Below are positions 21,484-31,127 of a stretch of 64,000 nt of DNA, piece by piece (the first letter of the stretch is position 1; every line of letters starts with the position of its first letter). The stretch comes from Campylobacteraceae bacterium (GTDB taxonomy: Bacteria > Campylobacterota > Campylobacteria > Campylobacterales > Campylobacteraceae). A model generated the notes under the pieces. It did not search any database, was not told where the DNA came from, and saw only the letters and a list, made by a program, of their open reading frames with translations. The stretch is taken from positions 1,391 to 65,390 of the forward strand of contig JBKECC010000082.1 of NCBI GenBank assembly GCA_047974135.1, written 5' to 3'. Made by a program: the position numbers and the translations under genes.

Positions 21484-23013
21484 ATGTTGGAGTATATACT
21501 AATTTTTATCGTTCTTTTTCCAGCACTTGGAGGATTTTTAGGCTTTGTGGTTGATAAAGACAATATAAAAGCTTACGGCATAGTTGTAGCAGGCATTGAG
21601 CTTATCTTCACACTTGTTTTGTGGGGTATGTTTGATAGTACAAATGCCGATTTTCAATTTTTAACTCTTATGCCAGTCATAGAGCAGTTTGGTATAAATT
21701 TTGCACTTGGAGTTGATGGAATCTCGCTATTTTTAGTGATTTTAAGTGCATTTATAACTTTGGTTGCTCTCATTGGATTAGGTGAGATGAAAAACATGAA
21801 ACACCTTATAGTTTCCATCTTGTTTTTAGAGATGACTATGGTTGGTGTGTTTTTAAGCCTTGATGTTATTATATTTTATCTATTTTGGGAACTTTCACTT
21901 GTTCCTATGCTTTATATCATCGGTGCTTGGGGTTCAAATCTTAGAATTTACGCAGCTATAAAATTTTTCTTATATACCTTTGCTGGTTCTATTTTGATGC
22001 TCGTTGGCATTTTATACTTTGGTTACATGTATCATGAGACAACTGGTATTTGGAGTTTTTCGCTTCTTGATTGGCAAATTTTGAGTGTTCCTCTTGGTGT
22101 TCAAAACTGGTTATTTGGAGCTTTTTTCTTAGCTTTTGCAGTTAAAACTCCTATGTTTCCATTTCACACTTGGCTTCCTTACGCTCACGGACAAGCACCA
22201 ACCATTGGTTCGGTTATACTTGCAGCAGTTTTACTAAAGATGGGAACTTATGGATTAGTTAGATTTTTACTTCCACTTTTTCCTGATGCGACAGTATCTT
22301 TTTTGACGCCTATAGCAATTATCGCTGTTATTATGGTTATATATGCAGCACTCATTGCTTATGTGCAAGAAGATATGAAGCAGGTTATCGCTTATAGTTC
22401 TATCTCTCACATGGGAGTTATAGTGCTTGGCGTTTTTGCGCTAAACGTTGAAGGTGTGACTGGTTCTGTGTTTTTCATGTTAAGCCATGGCATTGTGAGT
22501 GGAGCTTTGTTTATGCTTGTTGGGGTTATATATGATAGACGCCATACAAAGATGATGAGTGAATTTGGTGGATTAGCTAAGATTATGCCTCTTTATGCCA
22601 CTATCTTTGCTATCGTTTTAATGGGCTCAGTCGGACTTCCACTAACAAGCGGATTTGTTGGAGAGTTTTTATCTTTAGCTGGATTTTTCAAAGCAAACTA
22701 TGTTTTAACTGCTCTTGCGGGACTTGGTATAATCCTTGGAGCTGCTTATATGTTAAGACTATATAGAAAATCTTTTTTTGGCGAAGTTACAAACGAGAAA
22801 AACAAAAACTTAAAAGATTTAAACAAAAACGAACTTTTTGCTCTTGTGCCACTCACTCTTTTGATTGTCGTGCTTGGTATTTACCCAAAACCAGTTTTAA
22901 ATCCAATCGAATCAAGTGTTAAAAAGACTATAACTATCATGCAAAACAAAGCGCAAACTGCAAAAACAACGCAGTTTTTGGATAAAGTAAATACAAAAGT
23001 GGAGGTACAATAA
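21484..23013 (+). CDS. nuoM: NADH-quinone oxidoreductase subunit M
   Basis: Antiporter-like subunit, 509 aa. Confidence 0.9.
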   Translation: MLEYILIFIVLFPALGGFLGFVVDKDNIKAYGIVVAGIELIFTLVLWGMFDSTNADFQFLTLMPVIEQFGINFALGVDGISLFLVILSAFITLVALIGLGEMKNMKHLIVSILFLEMTMVGVFLSLDVIIFYLFWELSLVPMLYIIGAWGSNLRIYAAIKFFLYTFAGSILMLVGILYFGYMYHETTGIWSFSLLDWQILSVPLGVQNWLFGAFFLAFAVKTPMFPFHTWLPYAHGQAPTIGSVILAAVLLKMGTYGLVRFLLPLFPDATVSFLTPIAIIAVIMVIYAALIAYVQEDMKQVIAYSSISHMGVIVLGVFALNVEGVTGSVFFMLSHGIVSGALFMLVGVIYDRRHTKMMSEFGGLAKIMPLYATIFAIVLMGSVGLPLTSGFVGEFLSLAGFFKANYVLTALAGLGIILGAAYMLRLYRKSFFGEVTNEKNKNLKDLNKNELFALVPLTLLIVVLGIYPKPVLNPIESSVKKTITIMQNKAQTAKTTQFLDKVNTKVEVQ

Positions 23014-24476
23014 TGGAAAATATCACATTTGATACTTTAAATCTTGCAACTATTGTGCCGATGTGTATCGCTATCGTTGGAGCTTTAATCATACTTTGTA
23101 TAGATATAGTAAAAAGCTCTCTATCAAAAAGCTTTTATACTATGCTAACCATCTTAGTTCTTTTGATGGATTTAGGAGCTATTTTACTTTTTAGCTCAAA
23201 CGAGAGAGGCTTTTTTGATATGATGCTTGTTGATGGCATAGCCTTGCTTTCGCAAATCATCATCTTGGTGGCTTCCATGCTTTTTATACCGCTTGCACTT
23301 AGTAAAACAGACTTTAATGAACACAAATTTGCAGAGTATTTTGCACTATTTTTGTTCATGATTGCTGGTTTTCAATTTATGGTGGCAACAGAAAACCTCA
23401 TACTTATCTTTTTAGGATTAGAGACTGCTTCACTTGCACTTTATGCTCTTATAGCTATGCACGGAAGAACAAAAGCGGTTGAGGCTGCATTAAAGTATTT
23501 TGTGATGGGAGCATTAGCTGCTGGATTTTACGCATTTGGCTCGATGATATTTTATGCACTAACAGGAAGTGTTGAGATTAGTATAATCGTAGAAAGACTT
23601 GGTGAGAGAGGATATGAGCCAATATTTGCAGTGCTTGGAGCGACTATTTTTATACTAGCAACTTTAGCCTTTAAACTCTCGCTCATACCTTTTCACACAT
23701 GGACGCCAGACGTTTATGAAGGAAGTTCGGCTCCGCTTGCAGGATATATGTCTATAGTTCCAAAGATAGCAGCTTTTGTGGTTGCTATAAGATTTTTTGA
23801 TTTGTTGTTATCTTCAAATCTTACTTGGCTTCACGATATGCTCTATGTACTTGTTGTGCTTACCATGACACTTTCTAACTTGATGGCATTAGTTCAAAGC
23901 GACGTAAAAAGAATGTTAGCATTTAGCTCCATCTCTCACGCTGGTTTTGTTCTTGCAGCTGTTCTCATCAACTCCGAGCAAGGAAACAGTGCTGTTTTTG
24001 TTTACTGGATACTTTTCATGTTTTCAAATCTTGGGGCTTTTTCTATGCTTTGGCTCGCAAGAAACAAACAAAATCTTTGGGATGAGAGATACCAACATCC
24101 ATATATAAAATTTTCAGGGATGATACAAGTTTCACCTATGGCAGCTACACTTATGGGGCTTTTTATGCTCTCTTTGGCCGGGCTTCCACCTTTTTCAGTA
24201 TTTTGGGGCAAAATCTATATCTTAGGAGCTGCTATAAATGCTGGATATGTTATCTTGGCAATTATCATGGCGTTAAACAGTGCCGTCGCTATTTACTACT
24301 ACTTAAAGCTTGTAGTATATATATTTTTAAAAGATCCTATAAGTGAAGATGGCAATATATATATCATAAACTCATCTAAACCGCTAAAAGTTGTAGTTGG
24401 ATTTGCCGCACTTACCACTTTGTTTGCTATATTTTTAGTTGAGCCAATCTTAAAGCTTGTAAGCATTTACATGTAA
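23013..24476 (+). CDS. nuoN: NADH-quinone oxidoreductase subunit N
   Basis: Antiporter-like subunit. Its TAA stop codon is formed by a palindrome copy. Confidence 0.85.
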   Translation: MENITFDTLNLATIVPMCIAIVGALIILCIDIVKSSLSKSFYTMLTILVLLMDLGAILLFSSNERGFFDMMLVDGIALLSQIIILVASMLFIPLALSKTDFNEHKFAEYFALFLFMIAGFQFMVATENLILIFLGLETASLALYALIAMHGRTKAVEAALKYFVMGALAAGFYAFGSMIFYALTGSVEISIIVERLGERGYEPIFAVLGATIFILATLAFKLSLIPFHTWTPDVYEGSSAPLAGYMSIVPKIAAFVVAIRFFDLLLSSNLTWLHDMLYVLVVLTMTLSNLMALVQSDVKRMLAFSSISHAGFVLAAVLINSEQGNSAVFVYWILFMFSNLGAFSMLWLARNKQNLWDERYQHPYIKFSGMIQVSPMAATLMGLFMLSLAGLPPFSVFWGKIYILGAAINAGYVILAIIMALNSAVAIYYYLKLVVYIFLKDPISEDGNIYIINSSKPLKVVVGFAALTTLFAIFLVEPILKLVSIYM

Positions 24477-24477
24477 G
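24466..24477. repeat. palindrome copy TTTACATGTAAg (11/12)
   Basis: Its TAC-ATG-TAA frame supplies the last two codons and the stop of nuoN. Confidence 0.9.
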
Positions 24478-24486
24478 GGCAAAAAA

Positions 24487-24762
24487 TTGAATTTTATATA
24501 TGAAAAAGATAGGATTTATGCAAAAGATGAAAATGAAGAAGTGGTTGCAGAAATCACTTTTCCACTTATTGATGAAAACACGGTTAATATAAACCACACT
24601 TTTGTTTCACCAAAACTTCGTGGCGGTGGCGTTGCATCAAAACTTATGCTTGAATGTTGTGAAGTGTTAAAAAAAGAGGGCAAAAAAGCTGTTGCAACTT
24701 GCTCATACGCAGATATTTGGTTTAAAAGAAACAGTGAGTACACTTACATTTTAAAAAACTAA
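24487..24762 (+). CDS. small GNAT-fold N-acetyltransferase-like protein
   Basis: 91 aa. Motif region LRGGGVASKLM resembles an acetyl-CoA-binding loop. Confidence 0.5.
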   Translation: MNFIYEKDRIYAKDENEEVVAEITFPLIDENTVNINHTFVSPKLRGGGVASKLMLECCEVLKKEGKKAVATCSYADIWFKRNSEYTYILKN

Positions 24763-24768
24763 ATTTTA

Positions 24769-24780
24769 TTTACATGTAAA
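24769..24780. repeat. palindrome TTTACATGTAAA (12/12)
   Basis: 7 nt after the GNAT stop, in the convergent gap with the response regulator. A one-mismatch copy TTTACAgGTAAA follows at 24793-24804. Confidence 0.9.
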
Positions 24781-24806
24781 GAGTTTTAAGCCTTTACAGG
24801 TAAACT

Positions 24807-25463
24807 CTACTCAATCATATATCCAACGCCTCTAACGCTTTTGATGATTTCTCCAACTTTTTTGTTTATCTTAAAAGCAAGGCTTCGAACCGTTACATCT
24901 TTTATATCTTTGTCATCCCAAACATACTGACGCAAGTTTTCACCAAGAACTATCAACCCTTTTTGATTTATGAGTATAGACAAAAAAAGCTTCTCTTTTT
25001 TGGTTAAAACCACCTCTTTGTCTTTATAAAGCAAGGAAGAAGTTAGAGTATTAAAATACAAAAATTCATTGATTTTTACGCTATTTTTTGAACAGTCACT
25101 TTTTGGCTGAAAAGAGTTGTGGTAGTTTATCCTTACTATAAGCTCTTTCGTGTCAAAAGGTTTTTTTACAAAATCATTGCATCCAGCTTCGTATGCTTTT
25201 GTTATATTTTTTATGCCGCCATCTATACTTATAGCTAATATAATGGCGTTTTGATTTGATTTTCTTATCATCTCTATAAGATCAAAAGCGTTGTAACTAT
25301 TGCTATTTAAGTCTATGATGTATATATCGTATTTTTTATTTATCAAAATTCCATAAGAGCTATAACCATCAAAAAAGCTATCAACAAAAAAGTCAAACTG
25401 TTGAAGTGTGTTTTTGATATTTTTGTTTAATGCTATATCGCTTTCAATCATAAATACTTTCAT
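24807..25463 (-). CDS. OmpR-family response regulator (receiver + winged helix), no adjacent kinase
   Basis: Receiver Asp in YIIDLNS, conserved Lys in VKKPF, C-terminal wHTH RSLAFKINKK...GVGYMIE. The N-terminal acidic pocket is ESD rather than DD/ED. Confidence 0.8.
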   Translation of the reverse strand: MKVFMIESDIALNKNIKNTLQQFDFFVDSFFDGYSSYGILINKKYDIYIIDLNSNSYNAFDLIEMIRKSNQNAIILAISIDGGIKNITKAYEAGCNDFVKKPFDTKELIVRINYHNSFQPKSDCSKNSVKINEFLYFNTLTSSLLYKDKEVVLTKKEKLFLSILINQKGLIVLGENLRQYVWDDKDIKDVTVRSLAFKINKKVGEIIKSVRGVGYMIE

Positions 25464-25626
25464 TTTTTAACCTTTTACATGTAGATGTAATTATATAAAT
25501 GAAACGAATTCGTTACTGCTTAAAAAATAAACAATAATAATTTTAAATTTTGTACAAAAACAACAAAAAAGCAACACTTATTTTTTATACTTCGACATAT
25601 AAACTTTTTAAGGGGGAATTTCAAAT

Positions 25627-26892
25627 ATGAAGTTTTCAAAACTCATAGCAGCTTCTGCTTTGGTTGTGTTTGGTGTATGCGCACAAGCTGCGGATACTAT
25701 CAAGGTTGGTGTTTTACACTCACTTTCAGGAACGATGGCTATTTCTGAAACAACATTAAAAGATACAGTTTTAATGCTTGTAGAAGAACAAAATAAAAAA
25801 GGTGGACTACTAGGCAAAAAACTAGAAGCAGTTGTAGTTGACCCAGCTTCAAACTGGCCACTTTTTGCTGAAAAAGCAAGAGAGCTTTTAACAAAAGATA
25901 AAGTTGATGTTATCTTTGGTGCTTGGACATCTGTTTCAAGAAAGTCTGTTTTACCAGTAGTTGAAGAGTTAAATGGTTTGATGTTTTACCCTGTTCAATA
26001 CGAAGGCGAAGAGTCATCTAAAAACATTTTCTATACCGGTGCTGCTCCAAACCAACAAGCAATCCCTGCAGTTGATTACTTAATGAATGATGTTGGCGTT
26101 ACAAGATGGGTTCTTGCTGGAACTGACTATGTATATCCAAGAACTACAAATAAAATCTTAGAAGTTTACTTAAAATCAAAGGGTGTCAAGCCAGAAGATA
26201 TTATGATTAACTACACTCCATTTGGTCACTCTGACTGGCAAAATATAGTAAGCGATATCAAAAAATTTGGTAGTGCTGGTAAGAAAACAGCTGTTGTTTC
26301 AACAATCAACGGTGATGCAAACGTTCCTTTTTATAAAGAGTTAGCAAATCAAGGTGTAAAAGCTGAAGATATTCCTGTTATCGCATTTTCAGTAGGTGAA
26401 GAAGAGTTAGCTGGTATTGACACAAAACCACTAGTTGGACACTTAGCTGCATGGAACTACTTCCAAAGTGTAAAATCTCCTGCAAACACAGCTTTTATTA
26501 AAGAGTGGAAAACATTTATAAAAGACAATAAAAGAGTTACAAACGACCCAATGGAAGCAACATATATCGGCTTTAATATGTGGGTAAAAGCAGTTGAAAA
26601 AGCTGGAACTACAAATGTAGATAAAGTTTTAGATGCAATCGTTGGCGTAAGTGTTCCAAACCTAAGTGGCGGCACTTCAACAATGCTTAAAAACCACCAT
26701 ATCACAAAACCAGTGTTAATCGGTGAAATTCAAGAAGATGGTCAATTTGAAATCGTTTGGGAAACAAAAGGTTTAGTTCCTGGCGATGCATGGAGCGATT
26801 TCCTTCCTGAGAGTAAAGACTTAGATGCTGATTGGACAAAACCTATCTTTTGTGGAAGCTACAATACAAAAACAAAAACTTGTTCAAAATAA
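25627..26892 (+). CDS. urtA: urea ABC transporter substrate-binding protein
   Basis: Signal peptide plus type I periplasmic binding fold. First gene of the urtABCDE order. Confidence 0.85.
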   Translation: MKFSKLIAASALVVFGVCAQAADTIKVGVLHSLSGTMAISETTLKDTVLMLVEEQNKKGGLLGKKLEAVVVDPASNWPLFAEKARELLTKDKVDVIFGAWTSVSRKSVLPVVEELNGLMFYPVQYEGEESSKNIFYTGAAPNQQAIPAVDYLMNDVGVTRWVLAGTDYVYPRTTNKILEVYLKSKGVKPEDIMINYTPFGHSDWQNIVSDIKKFGSAGKKTAVVSTINGDANVPFYKELANQGVKAEDIPVIAFSVGEEELAGIDTKPLVGHLAAWNYFQSVKSPANTAFIKEWKTFIKDNKRVTNDPMEATYIGFNMWVKAVEKAGTTNVDKVLDAIVGVSVPNLSGGTSTMLKNHHITKPVLIGEIQEDGQFEIVWETKGLVPGDAWSDFLPESKDLDADWTKPIFCGSYNTKTKTCSK

Positions 26893-26901
26893 ACAAACCT
26901 A

Positions 26902-26923
26902 AGCAGGGATGATTTTCCCTGCT
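26902..26923 (+). terminator. GC-rich stem-loop AGCAGGG-atgatttt-CCCTGCT between urtA and urtB (partial terminator/attenuator)
   Basis: 7-bp stem, 8-nt loop, followed by TTATCTTT, 10 nt after the urtA stop. Confidence 0.45.
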
Positions 26924-26944
26924 TTATCTTTAAGGTTAAACATA

Positions 26945-28516
26945 ATGAGACTGATAAAAATTTTATTGCTTAATTTATTAATGATTACATTCTGCTTTTC
27001 AAATAGCAGTTTTGAAGATGAATCAAAAGAGTTAATTAGCGCAAATTTTATAAACAAAGAATTGATTATTAATAAGTTATCGCAAGATTATAAGGATGAC
27101 AAAAAAGTAGAAAATCTACTAACAAATATGTTAGCTGGAAATCTTTACTCATTAAGTGATAGCCTTGTATATGAAGAGAAAAGCAAATACTTTGATTTAA
27201 GTGGTGTTGAGCTTTTACATGTAAACATAGATGAGTTAAAGAAAATAACCATAAATAATAAATTGCGTGGAACTATCCGTTCAAATCTTGTGGTTATAAA
27301 TCTAACTTCAAGCGATGACAAAGTAAGACTGAAAGCCGCAAAAGATTTACTTGCAAACATAAATGAAGATAGTTTAGCTCTTATAGAGACAGCACTTAAG
27401 AGTGAAAAAAACTCTAAAGTGTCTGACGTTTTGCATGAAGGGTTAGATATATTAAATGCCAAATATTTAACTGGCGAGAAACAACTTGACGCCATAAATA
27501 ACCTTGGTGATTACCTTTCACCTCAGGCTCTACAAGTTTTAAATGAGTTAAAAGATTCAAGCGATGAAGCAGTAAAAAATGCAGCAATAGAGTCTATAAC
27601 TTCTATAGAACATTCAAAGAAGTTTTACTCATTTTTGGAGACATTTTTCTTTGGACTAAGCGCAGGCTCTGTACTTTTGCTTGCTGCTATGGGACTTGCT
27701 ATAACTTTTGGAGTTATGAAAGTGATAAATATGGCTCATGGCGAACTTATAATGCTTGGAGCTTATACAACTTACACAGTTCAACAATTAATGCCAAACT
27801 TTATAGGAGCTTCAATCATCGTCTCCATTCCGTTAGCGTTTTTAGTTAGTGCGTTAGTTGGTATTTTAATTGAACGTCTTGTTATAAGACATTTATACAA
27901 AAGACCTCTTGAAGCACTTCTTGCTACTTTTGGTATAAGCCTTATCTTGCAACAGCTTGTTCGTAGTATCTACTCACCACTAAACAAAGAGGTAAAAACT
28001 CCAGAGTGGTTAAGTGGTTCGTTAGAGATAAACAATGTTTTATCGCTAACATACAACAGGCTTTATATCATCATATTTGCTCTGATCGTCTTTGCATTTT
28101 TACTTTTTGTTATGAAGAAAACGTCTTTAGGATTAAAAGTACGTGCTGTTTCGCAAAATAGAAATATGGCAAAAGCGATGGGAATAAAAACAGAATGGAT
28201 TGACGCTCTCACCTTTGGTATAGGCTCTGGCATCGCTGGAGTTGCCGGAGTTGCACTTAGCCAGCTAACAAACGTTGGACCAAATCTTGGACAAGCGTAT
28301 ATAGTTGACTCATTTATGGTTGTTGTATTTGGTGGAGTTGGAAACTTGTGGGGAACACTTATAGCAGCACTAAGCCTTGGAGAGATTTCAAAGATTATAG
28401 AGCCTATAAGTGGAGCGGTGTTAGCAAAAGTTTTAATTTTGATTTTCGTGATTATATTTATACAAAAAAGGCCTCGTGGATTGTTTCCACAAAAAGGCCG
28501 TGATGCTGAGGATTGA
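26945..28516 (+). CDS. urtB: urea ABC transporter permease with ~230-aa N-terminal periplasmic extension
   Basis: Branched-chain-type permease core. Start moved to the ATG at 26945 (RBS AAGG upstream), because the track start at 26909 lies inside the hairpin loop. Confidence 0.8.
   Translation: MRLIKILLLNLLMITFCFSNSSFEDESKELISANFINKELIINKLSQDYKDDKKVENLLTNMLAGNLYSLSDSLVYEEKSKYFDLSGVELLHVNIDELKKITINNKLRGTIRSNLVVINLTSSDDKVRLKAAKDLLANINEDSLALIETALKSEKNSKVSDVLHEGLDILNAKYLTGEKQLDAINNLGDYLSPQALQVLNELKDSSDEAVKNAAIESITSIEHSKKFYSFLETFFFGLSAGSVLLLAAMGLAITFGVMKVINMAHGELIMLGAYTTYTVQQLMPNFIGASIIVSIPLAFLVSALVGILIERLVIRHLYKRPLEALLATFGISLILQQLVRSIYSPLNKEVKTPEWLSGSLEINNVLSLTYNRLYIIIFALIVFAFLLFVMKKTSLGLKVRAVSQNRNMAKAMGIKTEWIDALTFGIGSGIAGVAGVALSQLTNVGPNLGQAYIVDSFMVVVFGGVGNLWGTLIAALSLGEISKIIEPISGAVLAKVLILIFVIIFIQKRPRGLFPQKGRDAED
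27214..27225. repeat. palindrome TTTACATGTAAA (12/12)
   Basis: Inside the urtB N-terminal extension, read as LHVN. Confidence 0.9.
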
Positions 28517-29655
28517 TTGAGATGAAAAGAGAGCCTATTTTATTAAAATTATACAAAAGTGACAGAGGCGGAGTTATGGTTCTTACCTCTTTGTTTATTT
28601 TTGTTATGCTTATATCTTTTTGTAATTTGGTAGTGCCTGCTGGTTCGGTTTTTCATGTATCAACCTTTACGGTTACCATCATAGGAAAGTATTTAGCTTT
28701 TGCACTTTTAGCCTTAGCGCTTGACCTTGTTTGGGGTTATGTTGGGATTTTAAGTTTGGGGCATGGCGTGTTTTTTGCACTTGGTGGATATGCTATGGGC
28801 ATGTATTTAATGCGTCAAATAGGTGATCGTGGAGTTTACTCAAATCCTGAATTGCCAGATTTTATGGTTTTTATGGGATACAAAGATTTGCCTTGGTTTT
28901 GGTATGGTTTTGACAATCCTATTTTTACTTTTGTAATGATTGGTTTGGTTCCAGGCATTTTGGCTTTTATATTTGGTTTTTTTGCATTTCGTTCTCGTGT
29001 TACAGGAGTTTATCTCTCTATCATAACTCAAGCACTAACTTACGCATTTATGTTAGCGTTTTTTAGAAACGATATGGGTTTTGGTGGAAACAATGGACTT
29101 ACAGATTTTAAAGATATATTAGGATTTAACCTTCAAAGTGATGGCACAAGAGTTGGACTTTTGATACTATCATTTATCATGCTTTTGCTTGGTTATCTTG
29201 TTTGTAAGTTTATAGTAAACTCAAGACTTGGTAGAGTTATAACCTCTATAAAGACAAGCGAAAGTCGTGTGCGATTTTTAGGATATAGAGTTGAACAGTA
29301 TAAACTTTTTATATTTGTTGTCTCAGCTGTGTTAGCAGGTATTGCGGGTGCACTTTATGTTCCTCAGGTAGGTATCATAAATCCAAACCTTTTTGCTCCA
29401 CTTTTTTCTATTGAGATAGTTATTTGGGTGGCGATAGGTGGACGAGGAACTCTTTATGGAGCAATCATCGGAGCGTTTGTTGTAAACTTTGCAAGCACAT
29501 ACTTCACATCAGCATTTCCTGAAGTTTGGTTGTATGCTCTTGGTTGATTGTTTGTTCTTGTTACCTTGTTTTTACCACAAGGAATCGCAGGGATTTTACC
29601 AAAAATAAAACTATTTTTAAAAAGTAGAAGTTTACAACAAGGAGCTACAAAATGA
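28513..29655 (+). pseudogene. urtC: urea ABC transporter permease UrtC interrupted by in-frame TGA at 29545-29547
   Basis: After the TGA the same frame continues LFVLVTLFLPQGIAGILPKIK..., the conserved permease C-terminus. It ends at a TGA overlapping the urtD ATG (ATGA). Confidence 0.6.
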
Positions 29656-30428
29656 AGATAAATCCAGAATTTTTAGGTAGCTTTATAAAAGGAAATCGTA
29701 TCTTACTTGTTGATAACGTTAGTGTTAGTTTTGATGGTTTTAAAGCCCTAAACTCACTCTCTTTAGCTATTGATTATTGTGAGCTTAGATGCATTATCGG
29801 TGCAAATGGTGCAGGAAAAAGCACTATGATGGATGTTATAACAGGAAAAACAAAGCCAGATAACGGAGAAGTAGTTTTTGGAAAAAACGTAAATTTGTTA
29901 GAACTTGATGAGCCAACCATCGCAGAGCTTGGAATCGGCAGAAAGTTTCAAAAACCAACTGTTTTTAGCGATTTAAGTGTTTTTGAAAATTTAGAACTTG
30001 CAATGGCTGATGATAAAAGATTTAGAAAGACACTGTTTGCAAAGTTAAAATACTCACAAAGAGACAGAATCGAAGAGACGATGAATCTTGTAGGGTTAAA
30101 AGATTTTTATAAATGTGAAGCAGGTATACTCTCACACGGACAAAAACAGTGGCTTGAGATTGGAATGCTTATCATGCAAAATCCAAAAATCATGTTAGTG
30201 GATGAGCCAGTTGCTGGTATGACACCTGCAGAGGTTGAAAAAACGGGAGAGATTTTAAAAGAACTTTCAAAAACAAGCTCCGTTGTTGTGGTTGAACACG
30301 ATATGGAATTTATAAGAAGTTTGGCTTCAAAGGTAACCGTTTTACATGAGGGTTCAGTGCTAGCAGAGGGTTCAATGCAAAGCATTCAAAACAATGAAAA
30401 AGTAAGAAAAGTTTATTTAGGCGAGTAG
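29652..30428 (+). CDS. urtD: urea ABC transporter ATP-binding protein
   Basis: Walker A GANGAGKST and ABC signature. Confidence 0.85.
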   Translation: MKINPEFLGSFIKGNRILLVDNVSVSFDGFKALNSLSLAIDYCELRCIIGANGAGKSTMMDVITGKTKPDNGEVVFGKNVNLLELDEPTIAELGIGRKFQKPTVFSDLSVFENLELAMADDKRFRKTLFAKLKYSQRDRIEETMNLVGLKDFYKCEAGILSHGQKQWLEIGMLIMQNPKIMLVDEPVAGMTPAEVEKTGEILKELSKTSSVVVVEHDMEFIRSLASKVTVLHEGSVLAEGSMQSIQNNEKVRKVYLGE

Positions 30429-30430
30429 AT

Positions 30431-31126
30431 ATGTTTAAAGTAGAAAAAATAAATCAGTATTATGGACAAAGCCACACATTAAGAGATGTAAGTTTTGAGT
30501 TAGAGCGTGCAAAATGTACTTGCTTGATGGGAAGAAACGGAGTTGGAAAAACCACATTTTGTAAAGTCGCTATGGGACTTTTAGATATAAAAAGTGGTGG
30601 GATATTTTTTGAAGACAAAGATATCTCAAAACTCTCAGCTGTAAAAAGAGCATCTTTGGGAATTGGCTATGTACCTCAAGGAAGAGAGATTTTCTCATCT
30701 CTAAGTGTAAAAGAAAATTTAGAGATTGGAGTAATGGGAAATAGACACAAGATAAAAAACGTACCAGAAAAGGTATATGAACTTTTCCCTGTTTTAAAAG
30801 ATATGCAAAACAGAAAAGGCGGAGATCTCTCGGGCGGACAACAACAACAATTGGCCATCGGACGCGCTCTTTGTATTGACCCTGTGATGCTTATCTTAGA
30901 TGAACCAAGTGAGGGTATTCAACCAAATATCGTTGCACAAATCGGAGATGTTATAGATTATCTAACAAAAGAAGAGAAGATAACAGTTTTACTTATTGAG
31001 CAAAAACTGCCATTTGCAAGAAAACATGGAGATAACTTTTTTATCATGGATAGAGGTAGCATCATGGCAAAAGGCGAGATGAGTAAGCTTAGCGATGCTG
31101 TTATAAAAGAGTTTTTGTCGGTGTAA
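30431..31126 (+). CDS. urtE: urea ABC transporter ATP-binding protein
   Basis: Walker A GRNGVGKTT and LSGGQQQ signature. Confidence 0.85.
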   Translation: MFKVEKINQYYGQSHTLRDVSFELERAKCTCLMGRNGVGKTTFCKVAMGLLDIKSGGIFFEDKDISKLSAVKRASLGIGYVPQGREIFSSLSVKENLEIGVMGNRHKIKNVPEKVYELFPVLKDMQNRKGGDLSGGQQQQLAIGRALCIDPVMLILDEPSEGIQPNIVAQIGDVIDYLTKEEKITVLLIEQKLPFARKHGDNFFIMDRGSIMAKGEMSKLSDAVIKEFLSV

Positions 31127-31127
31127 A

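Noticed and set aside
2445-24743. Numerous short antisense or out-of-frame ORFs from the track (e.g. 2445-2702, 9267-9854, 12497-13212, 20321-20518, 24516-24743)
   Set aside because: Shadow ORFs inside well-supported genes, typical of AT-rich DNA. No motifs or RBS.
26909-26944. ORF-track start of urtB at 26909
   Set aside because: That ATG lies in the loop of the urtA-urtB hairpin. The ATG at 26945, with an RBS and signal-peptide-like N-terminus, is more plausible.
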